From NCBI GenBank assembly GCA_016748015.1, contig JAAOMT010000697.1:752868-816867 (forward strand): a DNA stretch of 64,000 nt. Reading direction: 5' to 3'. The stretch is from Geosiphon pyriformis uo1. Taxonomy: Eukaryota > Fungi > Glomeromycota. The first letter of the stretch is position 1. Every line of letters starts with the position of its first letter. Shown piece by piece: positions 1 through 11,804 of the stretch. The notes beneath the pieces were generated by a model. That model was not told the origin of the DNA and ran no database searches. It worked only from the letters and a program-made list of their open reading frames with translations. The position numbers and the translations under genes are program-made.

Positions 1-2888
1 GCAGATATGTGGACATTACATCACAAACCATCTATGGACGAAATGAATATTATCTGCTTCAACCAAAACAATTGGAACAGATGAACATGGGGAATCTAGA
101 TCCACTTTAATGGATGCAACTCAAGATATTATTCAACAATTTCAATGACATCTTTGTTAGCAAAAATGAATTTGGCTGAACCAATATTATCTAACATCAG
201 ATCAAGACTGGAAATGCAATGCCAATTAAACAAAGAGTATACAGAGTACTACCAGCTAGCCATGAGATCATTTGTCAAGAAATCAACTGGATGCTTGACA
301 ATAGGCTAATTCAGCCATTAATAAGTCTATGATTATCACCAGTAGTACTAGTTCATAAGAAAAATAGAAAAATCCATTTTTGTGTAGACTACTAAAAACT
401 GAATGAAGTAACAAAAGGTGATAGCTATCCAACTCCAAAGATCCAAAAACTATTCGACACTTTTGGAGGAAATAAATGGTTCTCAACACTGGACTTAGAT
501 AGTAGTTACTGGCAAGTAGCCATGGATCCAGCTGACAAAGAAAAAACAGTGTTTACTACAAAAGAAGAAAATTTTGAGTTTGAAGTCATGCCATTTGGCT
601 TGATGAATGCTCCAGCAACATTCCAATGGCTCATAAAAATTGTTTATACTGGATTACTATGGAAATCAGTAGTCGTATACTTGGATGACACCAATGTGTT
701 TTCAAAAACATTTGATGATTATTTGCATCATCTCCAACAAGTATTCAAAAGATTAAAAAGAGCTGGATTGAAACTAAATGCAACCAAATGTTTCTTTGGA
801 AAAACTGAACTCAAGTTTTTGGGACATGTGGTGAGCAAAGACAGAATCAAAACAGATCCAGACAAGATCAAAATAGTTAAGAACTTTTTAGTACCAGCCA
901 ACTTGTCAGAACTAAGGACATTTTTGGGATTCGCAGGCTACTATTACTGCTTTATCAAGGACTTTTCTAAATTAACTCAGCCATTTTACCATCTACAAAC
1001 CAAAAATGTGAAGTATAAATGGACTGAAGCTCAACAAGAAGCATTTGACACATTGAGAAGAAAGCTTATCTAAGCTCTAGTATTGATGTATCCAGATTAC
1101 AACAAACTATTCATCATTACTACTGATGCATCAGGTCAAGCATTGGGAGCAGTACTATTACAGAAAAAATCTGATGGAAGAGAGCATCCAGTAGCTTATG
1201 CCAGTAGAAGTTTAAGTCCAGCTGAAAAAAACTATGGAACTCCAGCACTGGAACACTTAGCAATCTATTGGGCTGTTATCAAATAGAAAAAATACTTGAG
1301 CCAAAAGTTTGAAATATATACAGATCACAAAAAATTGACTTCAATCCAAAAACAAAAATTTACAGACAATTGCCATGCCAGATAGAAAATAGAACTTTCA
1401 TTATTCAATTATATAGTACATTATAAAAAGGGAAAAAACAATGGAAATGCTGACAGATTGTCGTAAATGAGACAAATCTAAAAACATTTCAACCCAAAAA
1501 TATAACAAAAAATGAACACACAAAAATACCAACAACTCCAGCATTATATAAATACTCAATTGTTCAAGAAAAAATTATCTCAAAAAGAACAAAACAACAT
1601 AAAACAGCAATCAAAATATTTCATCAATCATTAAAATATACTTTACCAGAAAAACAGAAGAAATCCAAACCAACCAACTAGAGTAATTACAGAATCAAAA
1701 AAAGAAACAATATTGTTTAACATGCACTTAGATCCAACAGCAGAACATTTTTATAAAAAAGCAACCATAGAAAGAACCAGAAAAAGATACTATTGGTCAT
1801 CAATGTATCCAGACATTATCCAATATGTTTAAAATTGTGATGCTTGTCAAAGAAAAGGTGAAACAAAATCCAGTAAACCATTAAGACCAATCAAAGTAGA
1901 ACAACCATTTGATTACATTAGAATTGACTTAATCAGACCATTAACAATTACTAGTAAAAACAACAGATATATTGTAGTAGCTATAAACTATCTTACAAAA
2001 TGGCCAGAAGCAAAAGCCATTCAAAGAGCAAATGCAGAATCCATTGCCGAATTCATCCATCAAGATTTGATATGTCGACACAGATGTTCAAAAGAACTAC
2101 TATTAGATTAAGGAACTTATTTTGTGAATAAAACATTAACAGAATTAAGTCAGAGATTTGGGATAAAAAGACCATTATTATCACCATATTATCCACAAAC
2201 CAATGGACTAGTCGAAAGATTCAATAGAATATTGTGTAAAGCAATTGCCAAAATCAGTCAAGAAAACCAAGATGAATGGAATTTGTTTATATCATCAGTA
2301 TTATTTGCTTATCGAACAATGAGACAAGATACTACACAAGCAATACCATTTGAATTAGTATATGATAGAACAGCAATATTACCAGTTGAGATAGAGATTA
2401 AAACATATCTAACTAAACCAATAACAGAAGCTAATTTCCAAGAAACATTGTTAAAAAGAACATATAATCTAATAAAAACACTAGAAAACAGATAATGAAA
2501 AGCAGCTGATAATATTTAAAAGTCTCAAGAAAAGCAAAAAGAACGACATGATAACCAATTACCAGATAAACCAGTTGAATTCAAGATTGAAGACAAAGTA
2601 CTTCTACATTGTACCAAAGCAAAAAAACAATAGAGTAGAAAATTTGACTCCGAATGAGATGGACCATTTCATATAGAAGAAATTCTTGGAAATAGAGCTT
2701 ATAAATTAAGATGGGACAACAAAATCTTAGCCAAAGCAGCACATGGTAATCAACTGAAACCATATCACCAAATAGCATCATCATCCACCAATAATATTCT
2801 ACAATTAGGAATACAATAAATACTAGTTCAACCAGAGGAGATTCCATAAGATCTGAAACCAATCATAATTATTGGACCAAACACGTAA
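1..2888 (+). pseudogene. pol: Gypsy pol (RT, RNase H, integrase), disrupted by nonsense changes
   Basis: MPFGLxNAPATFQ and YLDD (RT); TDASxxALGAVL, VAYASR and TDH (RNase H); HHCC, YYPQTNGLVERFNR and GPF (integrase); many stops consistent with TGG>TAG and CAA>TAA. Confidence 0.95.
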
Positions 2889-2950
2889 AATCAAACAATG
2901 AAAGAATATATAAAGACACAGTATATGTGATAAAGACAACCAAGAAAAAA

Positions 2951-3586
2951 ATGGAAATACCAGATCATATTCACATCTTAGCTCAACAATTATTCCAGGC
3001 CTTAAGTCAACAATCTTTAGACATAGAAATTATTATTAACAACCAAACAATTTGCTATTGAAACACCAAAAGTAAGACAAAAAATACACCATATTAGTGG
3101 TTACCAAAGAATGATAAAAACTGGTCAGATAAAATAATAAAAAAAGTAAAAAACACTTTTGGGAAAATATCTATTATGGCACCAACAGAAAAACTTACAA
3201 AAGAGAATTGGAAGCAATAGACAAAACAACTTCCAATATCATACTGTTACTACCAGTTAGGTCGAAAGTTAAATATTTAAGAGTTGTATATCGACAAATT
3301 CAAGAGGATATTTAACCAAAACATTATACAGCAAATTGAAGAATTTATTGGGAAAAAGACAAACTCAACACTACATGTGAGAACAATTTACCAACTGCAC
3401 AATATATTTCAAAACTATCCAGAAATACTGTTACACTCTAACATGAAAACCATAACCATTAACCAATAGGGAAGAATAAACAATATACAAGTAGAAGATA
3501 TGAAAAATAAAGTTAAACAAACAATACTAAAAAAAGAAGTATTAGAGCTAATTCAGAATGAAGATTTCAATAGAGCTCAATATTAA
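2951..3586 (+). pseudogene. ORF3, extra ORF of unknown function between integrase and PPT (212 codons, in-frame stops)
   Basis: MEIPDHIHILAQQLFQAL...EDFNRAQY*; same 636-nt length as the copy at 11108-11743; homologues in elements B and C. Confidence 0.8.
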
Positions 3587-3600
3587 AAAGGAGAAAATAA

Positions 3601-4486
3601 TGTTACTCATAAAAAGAAAAACAGATATAGAGAGAATAGTAAACCAATGAGTGAATAGTATGTAGCATATGAGCATATTGCTCAGCAATGTAGAACAATG
3701 ATAGAAATCATGGCACATTGCTCAGCAATATGGAGCAATATCAGAAAACATGGCACATTGCTCAGCAATATGGAGCGATGTTAGAAAATTAGAGCACATC
3801 ACTCAGCAATGTAAGCATTGCTCAAGAAATCATAGCACATTGCTTGAGAATATGAGCAATTTCGTAGAACATCAATTATGTATATATAGCAGTAGCATTA
3901 GAAGTAGAAAGATAAGAATCTTTTAGTTAGAAATCTTCCATTCACAAATATTAAAATAAATAAATCATTCACTATCCAAATCCACTCTCCACTATCAACA
4001 CTTTATGTTGATAGGAATTGATACCTAACCATATTAGAACAATAGCTCTTGATTATGGCTATTGACAAGATACTAACATGCATATTGTCTTGGCTCATTT
4101 TTTTATTTTCTTTTATTTCTTTATTTCTTTGATTTTTACTGTTATATACTAACTGATTAAGGATTAAAGTACTGAATAATTGACATCACAGATAGCCTGG
4201 TAAAAGACCCAGAAATAAGAGTAAAATTATATATATATTAACAGATAGCTTATCAGAAGAGCATAACTGCCAGAATAAACCGGCCACTAAGCTAAAAACA
4301 GAAATTGGGAACACAACTCACCAACCAATTATATTATCATTAAATCTCTGTTCATTATACAAAAGACTCAACTCTAAAACCTTCAGATATAACCAATATA
4401 CCAGTATCACCAGTATTGTCAAGATATTAAACACTAAGTTACAGATTTGTTATTTGATTTGAGACTCCAAATAATCATCTTTAACA
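3601..4486 (+). repeat. 3' LTR of A1
   Basis: Starts TGTTAC directly after the PPT and ends ...ATCTTTAACA; TATA-like TATATATAG near 3881; homologous to 10227-11094 (reverse). Confidence 0.85.
3672..3860 (+). repeat. ~39-bp tandem repeats in LTR U3 with near-palindromic core ATTGCTCAGCAAT
   Basis: Repeated GCACATTGCTCAGCAATATGGAGCAAT-type units; mirrored at ~10835-11030. Confidence 0.85.
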
Positions 4487-7400
4487 ATACTAAAACAAAT
4501 TCTTAACCAATTTATCAAAAAACTAAAAAATAGTATTCTTTAATCTATTAAATCCCATTATTTTGGTAGTTTATAACAAACTATAATACTTGTCTGTGAT
4601 TTTAATTAACAGAGCAAGAAGTCAATTATATCTAAACTGTCAACTTAGCCATAAATAAAACATCAGATATCAATGTTAAACTTATGTAATTAAATAAGAA
4701 ATTGATTTAAAAAATCGAAAAATTTTTAGCAAAAAACTCTAAAATTTATTAATCATTTCAATATAAAAATAACTTTAGCAATCATTAATAATAGAATTAA
4801 CAACAACAATAAAAATCCTAGAAGTTAGATCTCTATAATTGTTACTATTGTCAGAAATTCAAACACATTGCAAAAAATTGCAGAAAAAAACTAGCTGATC
4901 AAAACTAAAGAAGTCAATATTAATTACAATTAAAATATTCTTATGCTATAGAATTTTAATATTTTTTACCACCACACTCACAACTACAATATTCACTTCA
5001 ACAAACTCTGATTTATTATCAGCTTTTATAAGCAATGACACTAATATCATCTCAGTATTAAGCACTAATATATAACAATTCCAGACTTCAAGCCATTAAC
5101 TATAATTTGAGATAATAAAACACCAATAGAAATTAAGCGCAACTTATTAATAAACCATTTAGATTAGTAAATTAAAGCAACATATTACTACAAACAACAC
5201 AAACTAGATATTCAAATTAGGCTTTATATCTTAGTTTTATAAAAATCCTAGATTTTGGTAATATTACATTTTTTAAAAAAAAAAATATAATTGTAATTAC
5301 TAATTCTTTTTTTTAAAACACTAATCAGACTATTAAAACAATTTTTCTTATCACAATTATTAAGAATGATATCTTGGTTACTATATTTTTATTTGATATT
5401 AACAGTTTAAATACTGCTAATTTTTTTAGCAAAGCTGCTATTAATTAGAATAAGCCAATTACAGCAATATATACTAATGCCAAAATAGAACAGTTAAATA
5501 TCAAATTAATATTTAACAATAGATTTGCAAACAATATAATTATAAAACAACTTATGAATCAATTAGATTACTAAATAGATTGTACAACCACTACTAGAAT
5601 AATTATTGTGGATAAAAATACCAAAATATTGATAAGAGAAATTGATAACTTTTTCAAAATTCATAGTATTAACATTCTAATTAAAGTATTTATTATAAAA
5701 GCCACTTAGTATCAAGTCTTTATAAAAAATAATTGATTAACTAAAACTCATACTATGTTTGTCTAAAACATTTAAAAACTCCAAATTATCTTTAATAAAC
5801 AATATATTAGAGTACTTACTATATATAGATACTTTAAAATAATAGCTCTAAAACAATTCTTAATTGAATTTAAAAAACCTACTTTTTAGTTAATCTTAGA
5901 AACCTATTAAGTTTCTTGGATTGATAATTTTAGAACAAAATTATTACTATCTTTTACACAGAAAAAAAAGAGTAAAAAAAAAATTAACAAAAAACCTTAG
6001 GCATTACCATCAATCTATTTAACTTCAAATTAGAAAAATTAATTATATTAACTACTAAAATTAATTTGTATTGATTGTGGAAAAAAGTTATTTTCAATAA
6101 ATGTTTGTGTTAGAGACAATAAAGTATAACCAACTGCTACTAAATATTATTGTTAATCTTGTGTATTAGAATGATTTAGATAATTAAAACAACAAAACAA
6201 ATAGAATAATATGTTATGTCTTATATATGATAAAATATTAACAAATAAAGAACTATAAAATAATGTCTTTGGCAAAGATAAAACATATAATAAATTCTGT
6301 TAGTATATTATTCTAATCAATAATTAGACTTAAAAAAAAACTCTTTTTGTTACTGTCTATAGTTAAGCAATAAACTAATTAGATTTATACTCTTATAATA
6401 AAAAAAATTTAGAAAATGGCCACAGCAAAAAAGAAAAGCACTATTATTAATAAAATACATATCATAAAAAATGCTTTAATAACTATTAAAGAAATAAATA
6501 ATCTATTCATAGATAATTCTAAAGCATTTTAAGATCAGTACCAAAAACTTGCCCTTATTTGAAAAAAACAAAAACAAAAACTAGTGTATTTCAATACAAA
6601 GCTGTATAATCATTGCTTAATCTTTTGTTATTTTTAGTACTGTAATAAGTATGATTTCTTGTTTAATTCATCTCTAAAAACACTATATTTTATTTTTAAA
6701 CTACCAAAACCTAAAGAAAAATATGAACTTACAATTAAAAACATATTATTTTAAAAGCCAAATAAGACTACTAAAATAAAACAGTATTTTGCTTATCCCA
6801 ACTTCTTTAAAAAATTGAAATTAAAGTGGTATAGTGATAATAATAAAAGAATATGCCTTAAAAAAACATATATAAATAATACTAGATTTAATTTGAAATA
6901 CTCTGAATAATTTTTTATAATTATAGCACTCTGTTTTTTTGTAAAGATAAATCTTAAAATAGCTTTAGAAATTTCTATTAACACTATAATCTAAGTAAAA
7001 TACAACTATAAAAATAAAGTAAAAGTATATTACCAAATTACAAGTCATACTTATTTGATCAAAGAAGCTTAAATTCAACAATTAAAGCAAATAAACATTC
7101 AACTGTATGAAGAATATATTATGTCTTGTGATGATTAATAGTGTTTAGAATACTATGTCTTTAGCATTCTTTTGCACAGTAAAAAAGACAAACATAATAT
7201 TAAATTTGAAAAACTTGAACCAGAAAAAAAAATTGCAATTACATTAATTTACTTGATCAAAAACCAGTTTACCATAAAATTCTTAATGAAAATCAATTTT
7301 AAAATTGCTCTTGAAATCTTACCAAGAGTAATAGTTCAAATTGTTTTTCAATTATTATTGGCAAGCAAAAAAATCAATATTAGAAAAGAAATTATAGATG

Positions 7401-8324
7401 CAGAATATACAAAAAACATTACAGTTGTGCTACAAAATAAAACTGAAAAACCATTTAAGATTAAGCATGTTGAAAAAATTATCCAAGCAATTTATTTATT
7501 CTTAATTAACATTTTGGGTTTATAACTAGTTATTTAAAGAAAACAATTAAACAAAAATAATAAAAAAATCCAAGATTTTGGTTTAACTAAACGTTTTATA
7601 ATTCCAATAAATATAGTTCTTAATACACAGAATAAATCTTACCAGATTATTTTATTTTTTCAACCAATTATTATATTATTCTTTGGAAAATATTACGAAA
7701 TTTATACTTGTTTAAAACCAACTACCACTTAACAAATTTTTGAATTAAATAAACAAATTTGTCTAAAACATGAAATCTCAATTCCAAACATTTATATTTC
7801 AAAAGAAATGAAAAAATTCCAAGTTATTTTTTACAATTTTAACAACCACTTCATCATTTTATTAAATAAATTAGAAATTAAAATCATACATAGCAATATT
7901 TTTTAAAATGAAACCTCTTAAATTATTTCTAAATTTATTGAAATTGTGAAACATATCTTTTTTCCAAATTCAAATATTCTGTCTACTACTGAAAACTATT
8001 ATCTTATTGAAGAAAAACTTTCTTAATTAACATATATCTTTTGAAATCCTAACAACAAAAACAATTAAAACAGCTAATCACTAAATATGCTAATATATTT
8101 ACCAAAAATAACAATAATCTAAGCACATAAAGATCAACTGAAACTATATTACAATATAGTATTATTATCTACCAATTATATTCTACAACTAAAAGCACAA
8201 TGAATACTAAATAAGATTCCACAAGATCTAGAACCAATTATAATCATCAATACAAATATGTCAAATTAAACAACTGCAATAATATATAAAAACATGGTAT
8301 ATGTAACAAAAATAACAATAAATA

Positions 8325-8957
8325 ATAAAAATTACTGATGACATCTATTCACTCGCACAACAATTATTCTAACTGATTTAACAACAAAACATAGAAATTA
8401 CAATCAACCAATAAACTATTTAGTACAAAGATATTAAAAAGAAAACTCAATACAAAATGCACAGAAAACCAGAAAACATTATAAATAAGATAATAAAAAA
8501 AGTAAAATTGTCAATAAAAATACCAGAAACAGCTATATTATATCAAAAATTGATGAAAAAAACTTGAAATTAGTGAATACAACAATTTTCAAAAAACTTT
8601 TGTTATTATCACTTGGAACAAAACCTAAACATTCAAAACTTGTATACTGACAAAACAAAATAGTTATTCAATACAACAATACTACAACAACTTGAAAAAT
8701 TTGTAAGAAAAAACAATCTGTTTACACAGACATAAGACATATATTAGTTATATATAAGATTTTAAAATTGACCAACAATACTATTTAATTCAGTGATAGA
8801 TATAGTTATCATTAATTAATTAAGAAAAATGACCAATACCTAATTTAAAGAATTGCAGATCAAAATAATTCAAGTAATTCTTGAAAAAAAAGTTTAAGAG
8901 TTAATCAAAAATGAAGAGTTAGGAAATATATAAGATTTTAATAGAGTTTAATATTAA
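8325..8957 (+). pseudogene. ORF3 homologue of element B
   Basis: IKITDDIYSLAQQLF...NIEITINQ; ends like A1 ORF3 just before the PPT; start approximate. Confidence 0.7.
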
Positions 8958-8970
8958 AAAAAGAAAATAA

Positions 8971-9552
8971 TATTACATATAGAATATAGAAATTATATAT
9001 TAGTACATAAATTAGTCAATTAAAATAGACATAATAAAAGTGGAATTCCAAGATTTCTCTCAGAAAAATTGCAGAAATCCAAAATTACAAGATTCTTATG
9101 TAAGGAATTACAGGATTTCAGAATTCTTTTCAAAAAATTACAAGATTTCTGGCTAGAAAATTAAGGAATTTAAGAAATCTTATACAATAAAATTTATGTA
9201 TATATAATAGTAGCATTAGAAGCAGAAAAAAAAAATTCTTAGTTGAAAAACTTCAGTTCCAATTTTATATTCATTCTTTTATATGATAGTATTCTATAAA
9301 TTAAAGTAAAAATATCAAATATCAATAAAATATTTATTACTATTGCAATCTATCTTTTTATTATTAACAACTTATGTTGATAATTGCTAATACTTAACTA
9401 CACTAAACCAATAGCTTTTAATTATGGCTATTGATAGAACACTAACTCTTCTTGTCTTGGCTTATTTCTTTATTTTTATTTATTTTATTTATTTCTTTGT
9501 TGTTTGTTAGTTACTAATTGATTTGAAAAATTAAGCACTAATTAATTGACAT
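8971..9552 (+). repeat. 3' LTR of element B, truncated where the element C LTR begins
   Basis: Follows PPT AAAAAAAGAAAATAA; shares the TATATA..AGTAGCATTAGAAG and CAATAGCT..ATTATGGCTATTGA blocks with the A1 LTR; stops at AATTGACAT. Confidence 0.75.
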
Positions 9553-10226
9553 TGTTACCAGTAGAATTTTAGCTATTAATTAGCATGAAATTACCCTCAT
9601 AATTCTTATTATTAACTAACATATATTATTATTATTTCAATTATCACTTATTATTTAATCAAATTATTAAATATCATTACTTAATCAATAATCTGATTTG
9701 TACTATAGAAATTAAGATAATCAAATTACACAATATTCTGAACCATTTAATATAGTCAAAATTCGCCGAAATTAATGAAAATTGGCCAAAATAATCAATA
9801 GTTCAATGAAATAATTTGTAGTTTGCCAAAATGTATCTTTAGTTTACCAAAATTATAGCAAAGAAAAAAGTGCAAGTTTAAAGACTAGTATTATAATAAG
9901 TTATATAAAAAAAGAGCTTTTTTCTTTAAAAAAATGTATTTTCTTATAGTATCTTACCATAGTATCTTACTTTAAATATCTTAATTAGAACAAATTATCT
10001 TTTATATATTCCAATAAAAATTAAATATTCAAAAACCAAATCTTTTGATTATTACACTTGAAATTCTCTTAACACAACTAACATTTTGAAATTAATTAGC
10101 TACCAATTTCAGTAATCTGTTAATGACTCCAGGTCTGGATAGAAAACGTTTCTCTTGACACAATTCTATTTTTTTTATATTTTTTTATATTTTTTTATAT
10201 TTTTCTTATTATAATTATTAGAGTGG
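9553..10226 (+). repeat. Probable 5' LTR of element C, interrupted by A2
   Basis: Direct repeat of 25434-~26095; starts TGTTAC. Confidence 0.85.
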
Positions 10227-11094
10227 TATTACAGATAATTACTTGGTTGTTAGAGTAAATAACAAACCCATAACTTGGTGCTTAAGGCTGTTGTCAATGA
10301 TAAAAATCTAAAGGTGTATTTATCTGAAGATTTTGGTTGAATCTTTTGTATAATGGACAGAGATTCAGTGGTAATAGTTTTATCCATAGTTTCCCAAAAC
10401 TGCAGTTTTGTCAATTTTTTTCTCAGTATGATGACTAGTGTTTCTCCTGGTAAGCTAACCTCAATCAAGTGTTCTACTCTTATTTCTGGGTCTTTTACCA
10501 ATGCTATATCTTGACGTTAGTACCCTGCATGTTAATTCTCAATAGAGTTAGTAATAATAACAATTAAGACAAGAAAATAAAAGAAATAACATAAAGAAAT
10601 AAGCCAAGGCAATAAACAAGTTAGTATCCCATCAATAGCCATGATCAAGAGCTATTGGTCCAGTGTGATTACATATCAATAACTATCAACATGAAGTGTT
10701 GATAGTGAAGAGTGGATTTGGATGGTGGATGATTTATTTATTTATTATTTGTGAATGAAAAATTTCTAACTAACTGATTCTCTTTCTTTTCTTCTAATGC
10801 TACTGTTATATATACATGATTAATATTCTATGAGATTGCTTATATTTCCAAGCAATGTGCTATGATTTTTTGAGCAATGCTCATATTGCTGAGTGATGTG
10901 CTCTAATTTTCTAATATCACTCCATATTGCTGAGCAATATGCTGTGTTTTCTGATATTGCTCCATATTGCTAAGCAATATGTCATAATTTCTAATATTGC
11001 TCCATATTGCTGAGCACTGTGCTCACATGCTAAATACTATTCTCTTATTGGTCTGCTATTTTCTATATTTGTTTTTTTTCTTTTATGAATAATA
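10227..11094 (-). repeat. 3' LTR of A2
   Basis: PPT at ~11095-11109 on the minus strand; termini TATTAT...TGTAATA (transition-mutated TGTTAC...TGTAACA); aligns to 3601-4486. Confidence 0.85.
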
Positions 11095-11107
11095 TTATTT
11101 CCTCCTT

Positions 11108-11743
11108 TTAATATTGAGCTCCATCGAAATCTTCATTCTAAATTAGCTCTAATATTTTTTTTTCTAGTATTGTTTGTTTGACTTTATTTTTTACATCTTT
11201 TACTTGTACATTGTTTATTCTTCCCCATTGGTTAATGGTTATGGTTTCCATGTCAGAGTATAACAGTATTTTTGGATAGTTCTAAAATATGTTGTGTAGT
11301 CAGTAAATTGTTCTCACATGTAGTGTTGAGTTCATCTTTTTCCCAATAAATTCTTCAATTTGCTGTATTATGTTTTGGTTAAATATCCTCTTGGATTTGT
11401 TGATATACAACTTTTGAATATTCAACTTCTGATCTAACTAGTAGTAACAGTATGATATTGAAAGTTGTTTTGTCCATTGCTTCCAATTCTCTTTTGTAAG
11501 TTCTTCTGTTGGTGCCATAATAGATATTTTCCCAAAAGTGTTCTTTACTTTTTCTATTATGTTATCTGACCCATTTTTATTATACTTTGGTAACTGCTGA
11601 TATGGTGTATTCTTTGTCTTACTTTTGGTGTTTTGATGGCAAATTGTTTGGTTGTTAATGATAATTTCCAAGTCTGAAAGTTGTTGACTTAAGACCTAGA
11701 ATAACTGTTGAGTTATGATGTGAATATGATTTGGTATTTCCAT
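11108..11743 (-). pseudogene. ORF3 of A2
   Basis: 636 nt, colinear with 2951-3586; includes ORF-track peptide 11438-11671. Confidence 0.8.
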
Positions 11744-11804
11744 TTTCTTGGTTGCTTTTGTCATGTCTACTGTGTTTTTATATATTCTTTTATTGTTTGA
11801 TTTT

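Larger units (their letters stand above)
1..4486 (+). mobile_element. Ty3/Gypsy LTR retrotransposon copy A1, 3' part (pol, ORF3, PPT, 3' LTR); 5' part lies outside the window
   Basis: RT, RNase H and integrase remnants in Gypsy order; purine tract AAAAAGGAGAAAATAA at 3585-3600, then an LTR TGTTAC...TTAACA; colinear with the inverted copy at 10227-14680. Confidence 0.95.
4487..9552 (+). mobile_element. Heavily mutated, internally deleted Gypsy element B (gag C-term, protease, Cys-rich region, two dUTPase fragments, integrase tail, ORF3, partial LTR; no RT/RH/IN core)
   Basis: Begins in a gag QILNQFI motif; protease-like ~5450-5760; dUTPase remnants ~6820-6995 and ~7260-7600; jumps at ~8121 from the pre-RT linker to the post-integrase tail; PPT, then LTR from 8971. 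Confidence 0.8.

Noticed and set aside
2951-3586. ORF3 as an envelope gene or chromodomain
   Set aside because: No signal peptide, transmembrane helix or chromodomain aromatic-cage motif is visible.
3672-3860. CRISPR-like array with palindromic repeats
   Set aside because: The intervening sequences are near-identical rather than unique spacers, the array lies in a eukaryotic LTR, and there are no cas genes.
10250-10501. 83-aa ORF inside the A2 LTR
   Set aside because: Homologous LTR segments at 4186-4486 and 26390-26684 have indels and do not preserve the peptide.
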